Below are positions 37,796 through 46,979 of a stretch of DNA of 64,000 nt, piece by piece (position 1 is the stretch's first letter; each line of letters starts with the position of its first letter). The DNA is from Bacteriovoracia bacterium (GTDB taxonomy: Bacteria; Bdellovibrionota; Bacteriovoracia; Bacteriovoracales; Bacteriovoracaceae): assembly GCA_030431635.1 (NCBI GenBank), contig JAUIIL010000010.1, positions 19,093 through 83,092 on the forward strand, given 5' to 3'. The notes below the pieces were generated by a model. That model was not told where the DNA came from and searched no databases. It saw nothing but the letters and a program-made list of their open reading frames with translations. A program made the translations under genes and the position numbers.

Positions 37796-38095
37796 GGGAC
37801 AAACCTTAAAGTCTATCAAAAAGCAGTCAAACTCTACCAACAAGTGAAGACGTTAAAACTCAAAGGAGCAGTGAGAGATCAGATAATAAGAGCTTCTATG
37901 AGTGTGTGTTTAAATCTAGCAGAAGGAAATAATAGAAATGGACTCAAAGATAGAAAGAAATTCTTTAATATTGCACTTACTTCTCATAGAGAAGTTCAAG
38001 CTTTAATTGAGATGGAGGAACTTAGTGAATTAACAGAATTAGCAGATATCATCGGAGCTCAGCTATATCTGCTTCACCGGAACTGTCCGCTGTGA
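37793..38095 (+). CDS. Four-helix-bundle protein (23S rRNA IVS / Avd-like family), paralog
   Basis: MGTNLKVYQKAVKLYQQVKTL...RDQIIRASMSVCLNLAEGNNRNGLKDRKKFFNIALTSHREVQALIEM. ATG 37793 has the SD GGAGAAGAGA mirrored from the paralog, so the track start at 37763 is rejected. Confidence 0.8.
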   Translation: MGTNLKVYQKAVKLYQQVKTLKLKGAVRDQIIRASMSVCLNLAEGNNRNGLKDRKKFFNIALTSHREVQALIEMEELSELTELADIIGAQLYLLHRNCPL

Positions 38096-38136
38096 CTTGA
38101 TTTCTGATTCTGAAAATCAAGAGTTTAGCTTTTTTT
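38096..38136 (+). terminator. Possible terminator hairpin
   Basis: CTTGATTT (38096-38103) pairs with AAATCAAG (38114-38121). A T7 lies 8 nt downstream. Confidence 0.35.
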
Positions 38137-38248
38137 GTATTACAGCTGCTGAAATAAATAAAAAGAACTTACATTTGACTATTTTGCTTGGTCTTTTCTT
38201 TCTCTCTTTGCCAAAATAAAGAAAAATTTATTAGTCAAGGATGAGATT

Positions 38249-39496
38249 ATGATAAGACAAGGTACAGTCTTCTTTCTATTAACTATTTCTATCGTTTCAG
38301 CTGCTCGTTTTGAAGGGCATATCGTTAAATTAAAAGAGAATTCAGCGTTTCATTTAAAGACTCAAGCACTAGGGGAGAAATTAAAGTTTCTTTCCACTAG
38401 CTTTGGTCGTTTTCTTCATATTCAAGATGATGAACTTGAAGAATATAAAAATAACCCAGACGTTGAGTTTGTTGAGCCTAATTATTTGTACAAAATAGGA
38501 GCGACAGTTATTGATAAGACTTATGATGAAGCTTTTTTCACTCAGCAGTGGGGGCTTCACAATAGTGGTGATAACTCAGGTTCAATGAAGCAAAAAGGAG
38601 TGGCCGGAGTTGATATTAATGCCATTAAGGCTTGGCAAGTCACAAAAGGAAAAAAGGATGTTGTCATCGCAGTGATTGATACTGGGGTTGATTATACTCA
38701 CAAAAAACTCTCTCCTAATATGTGGGTTAATACTGCAGAAAAAAATGGACTTCCTAATGTGGATGATGATGGCAATGGATATATCGATGATATCTATGGT
38801 TATAACTTTGATGAAGATAACTCAGACCCAATAGATAGGAACGGCCATGGAACACATTGTGCTGGCGTGATTGGAGCTACTCACGAAGAGAGTGGTTTAA
38901 AAGGTGTGATGGGAGAAGTTCAAATCATGGCCCTAAAATTTCTTTCAGACTCTGGCCGTGGGGACACTCTTAACGCGATTAAGGCCATCGATTATGCGAT
39001 TAAAATGGGAGCTGATATTCTTAGTAATTCTTGGGGTGGGGGAGAGAGAACAAAGTCACTCGAAGCGGCCATTCAGCGAGCTCAAGAAGCAGGTATTGTT
39101 TTTGTTACCTCAGCTGGAAATAGTAACAGTGATAACGATAGAAACCCAGCTTATCCAGCGAACTACCAAGTTGATAATGTGATTTCAGTGGGGGCTTTTG
39201 CGGCCAACGGTAGCGCTGCTAGTTTCTCAAACTATGGGGCCAACTCTGTTCATGTTTTTGCTCCGGGAGTTGATATCATTTCAACATATCCTAAACAAAA
39301 GTATAAAAAAATGAGTGGAACCTCAATGGCCGCTCCTCATGTTTCTGCTATTCTTGGTTTAATAAAATCGCTAGAGCCTCATCTTACTCCAAAACAGATG
39401 AGAGAGCGCTTAATCGAAACTTCAGCAAAGTCACATCAACTTTCAACAAAATCTCTGTCTGGGGGGAGAGTTGATGCCTATAGTGCTCTTGAATAA
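38249..39496 (+). CDS. Secreted subtilisin-family (S8) serine protease
   Basis: Signal peptide plus propeptide region. The catalytic residues are Asp in VAVIDTGVDYTH, His in HGTHCAGVIGA and Ser in SGTSMAAPHVSA. Confidence 0.9.
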   Translation: MIRQGTVFFLLTISIVSAARFEGHIVKLKENSAFHLKTQALGEKLKFLSTSFGRFLHIQDDELEEYKNNPDVEFVEPNYLYKIGATVIDKTYDEAFFTQQWGLHNSGDNSGSMKQKGVAGVDINAIKAWQVTKGKKDVVIAVIDTGVDYTHKKLSPNMWVNTAEKNGLPNVDDDGNGYIDDIYGYNFDEDNSDPIDRNGHGTHCAGVIGATHEESGLKGVMGEVQIMALKFLSDSGRGDTLNAIKAIDYAIKMGADILSNSWGGGERTKSLEAAIQRAQEAGIVFVTSAGNSNSDNDRNPAYPANYQVDNVISVGAFAANGSAASFSNYGANSVHVFAPGVDIISTYPKQKYKKMSGTSMAAPHVSAILGLIKSLEPHLTPKQMRERLIETSAKSHQLSTKSLSGGRVDAYSALE

Positions 39497-39505
39497 AGTA
39501 CTTAA

Positions 39506-39540
39506 AAGAGGGTTCTTGGTAAAGAAGAACCCTCTTTTAT
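39506..39540 (+). terminator. Rho-independent terminator
   Basis: A 12-bp stem, AAGAGGGTTCTT (39506-39517) with AAGAACCCTCTT (39525-39536), followed by TTTAT. Confidence 0.65.
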
Positions 39541-39651
39541 TACTCAATGCTTCAAGTTACTGAAAGAAGATAGTTTCGTCTTTATTTTATTGTCGCTAAC
39601 TCTTGAATCTCTTAGAATAAAGAGGAGCTTGGATGCTCTCAAAGGAGGTTC

Positions 39652-40251
39652 ATGATGAACTCAAAACTTCTCCTGGGATTTACATTCTGCCCTTCCAACC
39701 AAACCCAAAGAATAAACGGCTTTAGACTCAGATTCGATAATAAATACTTTTCCCAACCAAACTTAATCCTCTCTTTAATGAGTCCTTTTACAATTGATTC
39801 AAATGAAGAAGAGAAACTCATCAGCGATTTAACTGATGAGATAGAATCTTTTTTCTTTGGGCACGAAAACAATATTACAGTGAGGTTTCAAGGGCTTGAT
39901 GTTTTTATGTATGGTAAGAAAAAAATTTTAAACCTTATGCCATCTCTTCCTTTTGATATTGAGCACTGTACTGAAGCTTTAAGTGAAATTACGAAGTCTT
40001 ATATCTATGATAGAGATGTGAGAAATAAGAATCAGTCTAATAAGTTTTTTCTTCCTCTCGCGCGTTTCAAAGAAAGCTTTTTCTTTGAACAGGCCCTAGA
40101 GCAAGCAAAAAAGGAATTTGATTTTCCCATCGAAGCACCTGTGGCCTCTGTTTCTTTATTTAAAAAAAGAGGAGAACACTGGTATGAAAGAGCTTCTTTA
40201 CTAGATTTTGATAACGCTACGGAGTCATTTTTACAATTAGGTGCAAGTTAA
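39652..40251 (+). CDS. Hypothetical protein (possible degenerate 2H-phosphoesterase-like fold)
   Basis: 199 aa. KLLLGFTF, NLILSLMSPF and FFLPLARF occupy the spacing of the LigT-type RLFxAL, HxTLxFLG and pHxTLAR elements, but both His are missing. Confidence 0.35.
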   Translation: MMNSKLLLGFTFCPSNQTQRINGFRLRFDNKYFSQPNLILSLMSPFTIDSNEEEKLISDLTDEIESFFFGHENNITVRFQGLDVFMYGKKKILNLMPSLPFDIEHCTEALSEITKSYIYDRDVRNKNQSNKFFLPLARFKESFFFEQALEQAKKEFDFPIEAPVASVSLFKKRGEHWYERASLLDFDNATESFLQLGAS

Positions 40252-40267
40252 TTAAACTCATAGTTAT

Positions 40268-41470
40268 ATGAAAAAGAAATATTTGTTTGCCTTTGTATTA
40301 GGCCAGTTTTTTTGTCAAAACTCTTTCGCTATTCGCTCTTACTTCCCTAAAGTTTTAACACTTAATGAAAGTGAGATTCAGTTCGCTATTAATAATGACG
40401 TTTTTGTGACAGAAGAGGTTTGGGATAACGAAGGTAAGAGAACGGCTTTAGGAGAAAAAGAAGGTTTTACTCAGGCTCAATCAGAATTGGCCTTAAGTTT
40501 TGGAGTCACAAATGAACTACAGCTGACTCTTGGTGTGAGAGGGCGTTACAATGAGGCCCAAATTCTTAGTGGAAGTGACTCTGTTGGTGTGACAACTCAG
40601 GGACTTGAATCAGCTTTGTTTGGACTTATCTATCATATTAAAGCCATCGGAAATGCTCACCTTGGTTTAGAGATGAGTTACAGAAAACATCTCTACGAAA
40701 ATAAGGCCTATAACTCATCCAGCCCCAACGACTTTATTGTTTTAGGTGATGAGGAGGATGAGCAGTATATTGGAGGGATTATTACCTACCACCATCCACA
40801 AACTGAGAATACGATTAATTTCACCTTTGGTTATCGAGATCCGGGTGACAGTTTATCTGAAGAAGCAGTACTTGCTTTAGAAGGTGTAATTGGTTTTAGA
40901 AGAATTAGTTTATTGGCCAGAGGTGAAGTCGTTCTCTCTCTAAATAATGATCCTCTGAGTGATTCAGGGCAGAGAACTGATATCGATAACTCGCCCTCTC
41001 GTTTATATAACAGCTCAAATAGAGAGTGGGCCAAGTTCTCAGGAGGGATTAATTTTGCTTTCACTCATGCAGTAAGACTGGAGCTTAGAGGAGGAAGTGT
41101 TACTTCCGGACAATCAACTGATAAGGCCAATTTTTATGCAGCCAATCTTGTTTTTAGAACAGGAGAGAAGCCAACTGTTGCTAGTGAATCTCAAAAATTT
41201 AAAGAATATAGTATTGAAGGAGAAATCACTAAGATTTCTCAAAAGAAAAAATATTTTGTCATCAACCAAGGACTTAATCATGGAGTTTATGAGGGGATGA
41301 AGGTTGATGTTTACCGTAAGGTCGATGTGGGCAAAAGTGATTTACTTGCAACTGGGAATGTTATCGAAGTTCAAGGGAAGCGCTCTATTGTTAAAATTAA
41401 TAAATTTTATGATAAAAAGCCTCTTAAAAAAGGCGATATCATTCGAGGAGGGATTATCTCTGGCAAATAA
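40268..41470 (+). CDS. Hypothetical secreted/outer-membrane protein with C-terminal small-barrel domain
   Basis: Signal peptide and a beta-rich N-terminal ~300 aa. The C-terminus EGEITKISQKKKYFVINQGLNHGVYEGMKVDVYRKV...GNVIEVQGKRSIVKI has a small beta-barrel-like pattern. Confidence 0.45.
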   Translation: MKKKYLFAFVLGQFFCQNSFAIRSYFPKVLTLNESEIQFAINNDVFVTEEVWDNEGKRTALGEKEGFTQAQSELALSFGVTNELQLTLGVRGRYNEAQILSGSDSVGVTTQGLESALFGLIYHIKAIGNAHLGLEMSYRKHLYENKAYNSSSPNDFIVLGDEEDEQYIGGIITYHHPQTENTINFTFGYRDPGDSLSEEAVLALEGVIGFRRISLLARGEVVLSLNNDPLSDSGQRTDIDNSPSRLYNSSNREWAKFSGGINFAFTHAVRLELRGGSVTSGQSTDKANFYAANLVFRTGEKPTVASESQKFKEYSIEGEITKISQKKKYFVINQGLNHGVYEGMKVDVYRKVDVGKSDLLATGNVIEVQGKRSIVKINKFYDKKPLKKGDIIRGGIISGK

Positions 41471-41556
41471 CTCAGGTATTAAGGAGTTAAATGTTTCAGT
41501 GTTTCTCCCCATCTAAAAGTCGGTTAAAATAGAAATATACTGTTTAAGGATAAAAT

Positions 41557-42276
41557 ATGAAGTTACTAGGCCTCTTGTTATTTTTTACTTTTATTCAAGA
41601 CTCTTTAGCAAAGTCATTCTCTAATCAATACACAGAATTTGAACTTCCGCCAAACTGGGAGTGCGTTCTTGAAGGCTCAGAGTATGTTTGCCAAGGAAGA
41701 AATAGTGACCGAAAAAAAGAAGCAATTATTATTCTTGCGGCCAAAATCAGAGGCCCTCAAGATACTCTCGATGGTTATCAGGCCTATTTAAAAAAGGCCA
41801 AAACTTATCAACTCCCAGGAGGTAAAACTCAAGTCTCTGAAGCTAAGTATGCTAAAACAAAAAGTATTAATAATCATACCTGGATTGATTCACTTCACTT
41901 AGCAAGTGAAGTCCCTGGTTTTTATACACGCTACCTTGCTACAGTGAAAGAAGATCTCGGAGTGGCCATTACTTTTTCTGTTATTAAGAGTAAGTACACT
42001 CAGTATCAGCCTGTTTTTGAAAAAATTGTGAGTTCCATAAAAGTTTTCAGGCAAAAGAAATCAGGACTAAGTAAAATCCGTCTGGCCAAAGATGAAGCTG
42101 GAAGTAGTGGTATTGAAAACACGACTTTTGTTCCTGATGCTAATATTGATATTGCGGCCAATAGTCGTCAGACTAAGAAAAGAGAAGACTCAGGTGAGGG
42201 GGACAGCTCGCTCTTATATTTGCTTCTGGCTGGAGTTGTAGGCTTTATTATTCTTAAAAAGAAGAAAAAAGCATAA
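41557..42276 (+). CDS. Hypothetical secreted protein with C-terminal TM helix plus poly-Lys tail
   Basis: Signal peptide MKLLGLLLFFTFIQDSLA. The C-terminus is GEGDSSLLYLLLAGVVGFIILKKKKKA. Confidence 0.5.
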   Translation: MKLLGLLLFFTFIQDSLAKSFSNQYTEFELPPNWECVLEGSEYVCQGRNSDRKKEAIIILAAKIRGPQDTLDGYQAYLKKAKTYQLPGGKTQVSEAKYAKTKSINNHTWIDSLHLASEVPGFYTRYLATVKEDLGVAITFSVIKSKYTQYQPVFEKIVSSIKVFRQKKSGLSKIRLAKDEAGSSGIENTTFVPDANIDIAANSRQTKKREDSGEGDSSLLYLLLAGVVGFIILKKKKKA

Positions 42277-42285
42277 AATCAGTCT

Positions 42286-42310
42286 AACCTACTAAAATAA
42301 CAGGTTTTTT
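42286..42310 (+). terminator. Weak terminator candidate
   Basis: AACCT (42286-42290) pairs with AGGTT (42302-42306) around an 11-nt loop, with a T-run to 42310. Confidence 0.25.
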
Positions 42311-42402
42311 AAGTAGTTCTTTTTTACAAAGACTATCCCTTTTTGGTGACGCCATGCGTTTTTATTGTTATATAAATCCAGTCACTTTAAGTCTGGAAAA
42401 AA

Positions 42403-43767
42403 ATGAAGTTTATTTTTTGCTTTCTTATTTTTAGCTATCTATCTTCTGCAACTGTTTGCAATTTTTCAATGCTCAGTCATCGTTCAACTCAAGAGCATAC
42501 GAAACTTTTTAAATTTTTTGTTGAAGACCTCAGTGAGAACCAGGTTTTAACTCATGATGATTTGATTGATTTATTAAAAGCAGTAGAAGAAGAAGAAGAA
42601 CTTATTAATCCTTTTATGCATAAAAATGTAAGTGTAGAAAATGAAAAATATGGAGAGATATTTCAAGAATACATCGATGAAGCAGAGCTTGATTTTCAGG
42701 ACATTGAGGAGTGGTTAAAAAAGAAGTTAAAAGTTCAAGATAAAATTATCGTTGAGCAAAAAGCTGTTGTTAAAGAGACGGCTTACTTATATGAACCGGT
42801 TGAACTTGTCCAAGTTGAAGTGCAAGAATATGTTGTAAATGTTCCAGGAAAAGCCTACCGAAGAGTAGAGCTTACAAATAATTTTGAAATCATGACGACT
42901 CCTGTAACCCAAAAAATGTTTGAAGAGAGAATGGGGTATAACCCTTCTTCATTTACAAAAGATGATCCTCGAGTTTTAGAATATCAAATAGAAGCTGATC
43001 AATTACCTGTGGATTCAGTTAATATTATTGAAGCCATGCAATTTGCCAACAAAATTTCTAAAGAAAATGGTTATACTCCTGTTTATCAATTTGGTTTTCA
43101 ATATGAAAAAAATACGAATGGTTCACCAGTTATAAAAACAGGTTGGAAAGAAGTCAATTATTCTTTAAATGAAGAAAAGTACAATCAAGTGAATCAAGAT
43201 TATTATTCTCAGATGGGATATCGGATTCCAACATACGCAGAGTACGAGTACTTACTTTATTTGCAAGGAGTTGAGAGTTCGCTGTTTATGAATGGTTCTC
43301 TTATGGATCACTCATATCCTTTTGCCAATTTTTCTCCACCAGCTTGGCTTGATAATGTTGCTTTGAAAAAACCGCTGAAGCTTGAAAAAGGGGGGATTTA
43401 CGATCTGATTGGAACTGTTTCTGAATTTGTTTGGGATAGTCCGATGGAAGAAATAAAGAGAAAGCCACTGTTTGAAACGAGAAATTCTTTATCAAGAAAA
43501 CTTGGGAAAAACTTGATTGGGCCGAGTGAATTAAGGCTTCCGGTAGGAGTAGATCCTCTTATTTATGGAACAAAAGGATTTGATCTCACCCAGTCTTTGT
43601 CGAAAGAAAAAATTGGAAGCCACATAGGGTCTATTCCTCAATTTCATGAAGAGGATAATAAGTATTCAACTTTAAGATGCTACCCAAGTTCAGACCCATT
43701 ACATCCTTATAAGTGTATGGGCAATAGTGGAAAAGGCTTTAGGCTGATAAGGACTTTGCCTAAATAA
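42403..43767 (+). CDS. Formylglycine-generating-enzyme (SUMF1/FGE-sulfatase) domain protein, secreted
   Basis: RVELTNNFEIMTTPVTQKMFEERMGYNPSSF, LPVDSVNIIEAMQFANKISKENGYTPVY, YRIPTYAEYEY and the C-terminal GFRLIRT fit the FGE-domain pattern. The N-terminal ~140 aa extension is acidic. Confidence 0.65.
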   Translation: MKFIFCFLIFSYLSSATVCNFSMLSHRSTQEHTKLFKFFVEDLSENQVLTHDDLIDLLKAVEEEEELINPFMHKNVSVENEKYGEIFQEYIDEAELDFQDIEEWLKKKLKVQDKIIVEQKAVVKETAYLYEPVELVQVEVQEYVVNVPGKAYRRVELTNNFEIMTTPVTQKMFEERMGYNPSSFTKDDPRVLEYQIEADQLPVDSVNIIEAMQFANKISKENGYTPVYQFGFQYEKNTNGSPVIKTGWKEVNYSLNEEKYNQVNQDYYSQMGYRIPTYAEYEYLLYLQGVESSLFMNGSLMDHSYPFANFSPPAWLDNVALKKPLKLEKGGIYDLIGTVSEFVWDSPMEEIKRKPLFETRNSLSRKLGKNLIGPSELRLPVGVDPLIYGTKGFDLTQSLSKEKIGSHIGSIPQFHEEDNKYSTLRCYPSSDPLHPYKCMGNSGKGFRLIRTLPK

Positions 43768-43771
43768 TAAC

Positions 43772-46684
43772 TTAAAAATCCTTTAATGAATCCATTAGAT
43801 TATTTTTAAGCTTCTTTTGCTCTTTCGTGTCTGGTGTTTCACTTTCAATCTTCTTTTTACTTAAAAGTTTAGGGTAGCCATAGAGAAAATAGCGTTTGGT
43901 TACTTTGGTAAATAAAGAATCATCCTCTTCTTCTTTATAATCACTCTCTTTTAAGTTCGCTAGAATTGATTCTTTTTCATTTTCTTTCAAAACGCTTCCA
44001 CTACTAGTGAAGTCATTTTGTGAAGGAGCACTATCAAAATCACCCCAAAGATCATCTCCTGACGTAGATGAGGGAGAAGCAGTTGTTGAAGGATTCTGGG
44101 CTGCCACTTGATTGGAGAAGCCTTGCGCATTTGGAGTTAGAGTATCTTTTTGGACTTCATCTTGTGAGAGAGTAGGGGCCTCAGAAGAAGTTGTACTCGC
44201 TGAAGATGAACTTCCTGTTCCAAAATCGTTCTTTAAAGAAGAGAGATTTCTCTCAACACTTTGGCTTAAACTGGGAGTCGAGTCCCCACTAGCAAGAAGC
44301 TGGTTATGTAAATCAAGATTATCCGCAGCGAAATTATCGGCCACATTTTTACCAATGGCCGCATGGTTTTGACCATCTCCACTTAAACCAAGAGATTTTG
44401 AGAGGAGATTCCCATCATCATAGAGTGACTGGTCCTCAACTCCATTAAGAGCTCCATACTGGGCAACGGGTGAGGTGAGAGTTGAAGTTCCGGTTGTACT
44501 GCCTGAAGAACCTTGAGAGTTAGAATTTCCTTGAACAGAACCTTGCTGACTACCAGTATCGTCTCCATCTTCATAAGTTCCTGGAGTGAGGTTCAGTCCT
44601 CCCGCAAAGAGCTCTTCTCTTTGAAGTTTCATTTGGGCCAAGCACAGTTTTTTCTGCTCTCTAGTGATTGTCATCATCTCTAAAAAACCACTGGCCATGC
44701 GAAAAGAGCTATCAAGGAGTTTGAGAAGCTTCATTCTCATCGACTCCATTCCAAAGACTTCTTTTTGAGAGCTCTTCTTTTCACCATAAGCAAAGGCCCA
44801 GTTCATCGCATAGACAACCTTAACCATTTGAGAAATTCTCTCAACGGTATTGTCACACTCTTTTGGTGTCGTAGGATCTTTTACGAGAACGTAGCCCTTG
44901 CGACCTTGGAGGGAGCTTTTATTTGGTTTAGCATATTTAAGACAACTTTTTTTCAGGCCAAGTTCATAATCAATATATTCAGAATCAGAATTAAACTTAT
45001 CTGATGAGAGGATATCAAAAACATTTTGATAAGTATGATAGTAAAACTCTTGAGAGTCATTAATATCATTAAATTTCTTCGTTCTGGTTTTTCCAAAGCC
45101 CAAGAAAGCGTTATTAGGGAAAAGGGCTCCAATTCCTCCTAGAGCATAACCCAATTGAAAAGTTCCATTTCCAAAGTCTGTGAACTTTTTATTATTAGGT
45201 AAATAGATATCATAAAGATTGTATTTCTCTTGGTTTGTTTCAATCTCATTTAAAGGAGAAACTTGCAGATAGTCTTCAAGATTAGGTCTAAAGTGAGCGT
45301 TCTTTTTGACTTTATATTTACGCTGATAACAGTTTTTGGCCTTCTTCCTTCCAAATAAAGACTTTTTCTCACAGGCCCTGGTGTTCTCATCCATTGCTGA
45401 CCAATAAGCTCTTAAACAAAGAAAGTTTGTTTTTCCGGCGCAAACTCCACTCATTTTAGTGTAGGGATGATCGACTTTATCAGTCAGAAGTGGGGTCATA
45501 AGAGTCATGACTTCTGCCGACTCACTTCCTTGTTCTCCTGTGGGAAGTCCAACTCTGTACCAATCCTTATATGAAGCTAAGAGGGCCCTCTCATAATTAA
45601 GAACGATATCTTGTTCATATTTCATGAGTTCAAATAAAATAGCTCCGCTGGCAACGAGAGAATTATTTTTATAACTCTTATCATTAAGAACTTTTTCACG
45701 TGATTGGTCGAGAAGTTCCGTTAATTGTTTGTGAGCGTTCAGCATTTTCATTCTTGTTTCAGTGTTCTGCTCACTGAGTTTTTTCCAGGATTCAAATGGC
45801 CATAGTTTCATTTCATCCCACGAACCACTTGATTTAAATTGAGAGAGAATATCCCACGAGCGTAAGAAAAGATTGGCCATGATAAAAAGTTCGCGAGCTG
45901 GATTATCAGCAGGAAAATCGATAGAGCAAGAATTCTCAACCGTTGGCATCGGAGGAGGATCTATTTTTCCAACTTCAAAAAAATTATCATAAGACTTACA
46001 TGTCTTTGAACTCTTATCCCAGAAAAGTCCTTCACAGCAAAACCTCGCAGTAGGAGCTTGGATATTTTTTCCTGCACATCCACAGGCATAAGTCGGAGCA
46101 CACTTTTTTTCTTTACAGTTTAGTGATTTACAAAGAAAGTGCTTTCCTCTTTTCTTGGCCTTATTTTTAGAAATAGTGCCATTACCCGCTGGATTAAAAA
46201 ACTTTTCAAAAACAATCTGTTCACTTTGGGCCATTTCACTATAGTTTTTTCCAAGCTCTCTTCCTAATTGTTCAAGCTTTCTATCTTTAAGAAAGCTTCC
46301 TTCACAGCTCTCACCGACTTCAAGGTCAGAGTAGTTTTCAAAGAACTCAATAATAGGCTCCATCTTCTCTTCTTGGTCTTCGCTCGCGAAACTCAAGAAC
46401 TCCGGGAAGTCACTCGGAAAACACCCTGTATATTGAGGACAAGAAGCCCCTTCGAGTTTCTTTTGAGAATTAAGATATTGATCACATCTTTGACCTTGTT
46501 GAAGTTGGACGACTCCTCCCCCTTGGGAGTTACCGGTAACTGTATAAGGCTCTTTCTCATCTTCTTTAAAAGTGTCTTCAGGCTTAACATCCATATTATT
46601 GGTTAATTCTTGATCAAGATCTGTCCTGGCCTGTGTGGCCAATGCCCCTTGTGTGATCAGTAGCAAAATAATGAAAAATCTCAT
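43772..46684 (-). CDS. Large secreted Cys-rich / Ser-Thr-Gly-rich protein with conserved C-terminal LFxxVTKRY tail
   Basis: 970 aa with signal peptide MRFFIILLLITQGALA. It has a Cys-rich N-terminal third, a Ser/Thr/Gly low-complexity region of ~250 aa, and DSLFTKVTKRY (43889-43915 covers LFTKVTKRY) near the C-terminus. Confidence 0.6.
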   Translation of the reverse strand: MRFFIILLLITQGALATQARTDLDQELTNNMDVKPEDTFKEDEKEPYTVTGNSQGGGVVQLQQGQRCDQYLNSQKKLEGASCPQYTGCFPSDFPEFLSFASEDQEEKMEPIIEFFENYSDLEVGESCEGSFLKDRKLEQLGRELGKNYSEMAQSEQIVFEKFFNPAGNGTISKNKAKKRGKHFLCKSLNCKEKKCAPTYACGCAGKNIQAPTARFCCEGLFWDKSSKTCKSYDNFFEVGKIDPPPMPTVENSCSIDFPADNPARELFIMANLFLRSWDILSQFKSSGSWDEMKLWPFESWKKLSEQNTETRMKMLNAHKQLTELLDQSREKVLNDKSYKNNSLVASGAILFELMKYEQDIVLNYERALLASYKDWYRVGLPTGEQGSESAEVMTLMTPLLTDKVDHPYTKMSGVCAGKTNFLCLRAYWSAMDENTRACEKKSLFGRKKAKNCYQRKYKVKKNAHFRPNLEDYLQVSPLNEIETNQEKYNLYDIYLPNNKKFTDFGNGTFQLGYALGGIGALFPNNAFLGFGKTRTKKFNDINDSQEFYYHTYQNVFDILSSDKFNSDSEYIDYELGLKKSCLKYAKPNKSSLQGRKGYVLVKDPTTPKECDNTVERISQMVKVVYAMNWAFAYGEKKSSQKEVFGMESMRMKLLKLLDSSFRMASGFLEMMTITREQKKLCLAQMKLQREELFAGGLNLTPGTYEDGDDTGSQQGSVQGNSNSQGSSGSTTGTSTLTSPVAQYGALNGVEDQSLYDDGNLLSKSLGLSGDGQNHAAIGKNVADNFAADNLDLHNQLLASGDSTPSLSQSVERNLSSLKNDFGTGSSSSASTTSSEAPTLSQDEVQKDTLTPNAQGFSNQVAAQNPSTTASPSSTSGDDLWGDFDSAPSQNDFTSSGSVLKENEKESILANLKESDYKEEEDDSLFTKVTKRYFLYGYPKLLSKKKIESETPDTKEQKKLKNNLMDSLKDF

Positions 46685-46924
46685 AAGTAACCTTTGGTTT
46701 CTTCTCGTCTTAAACTCTTGTTTATTATAGCGGATGATGGGTTTTATTTTTCAATAACTTACGCAATATCCTCTCTAACCCTCTGGAATAAGGGAGCTTT
46801 TTGTCTGTTTTTTTTCTTAGAACCAAATGAGAGCTTATTTGAGGTGCCCAAAATTTAAGGCGCTCTTTTTTGAATCTCAACCCCTTAAAATATGGGCAAG
46901 TCTTGGAAATAATTCAAACCAGAC

Positions 46925-46952
46925 TAAAGTTATCATTTATTTTCACCGATAA
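46925..46952 (+). promoter_or_regulatory. Sigma-28 (FliA)-type promoter candidate
   Basis: TAAAGTTA (46925-46932)-N12-ACCGATAA (46945-46952) compared with the consensus TAAAGTTT-N11-GCCGATAA. It sits 28 nt upstream of ATG 46980, with an AGGA SD in between. Confidence 0.5.
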
Positions 46953-46979
46953 AAAAGAGAACGATTGTAGGATAAAAGC

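Noticed and set aside
37424-38248. The four-helix-bundle (Avd-like) pair as part of a diversity-generating retroelement or a small mobile cassette.
   Set aside because: The window has no reverse transcriptase ORF and no TR/VR-type near-repeat. I saw no flanking direct repeats between eno and the S8 protease gene.
46685-46924. Short hairpins followed by T-runs in the 295-nt divergent spacer (e.g. CCCT...AGGG + TTTTTG near 46790) as an sRNA terminator. Also a minus-strand TTGAAA-N19-TATAAT as the promoter of the 970-aa gene.
   Set aside because: The stems are only 4 bp and the promoter spacer of 19 nt is too long. This is insufficient evidence without transcript data.
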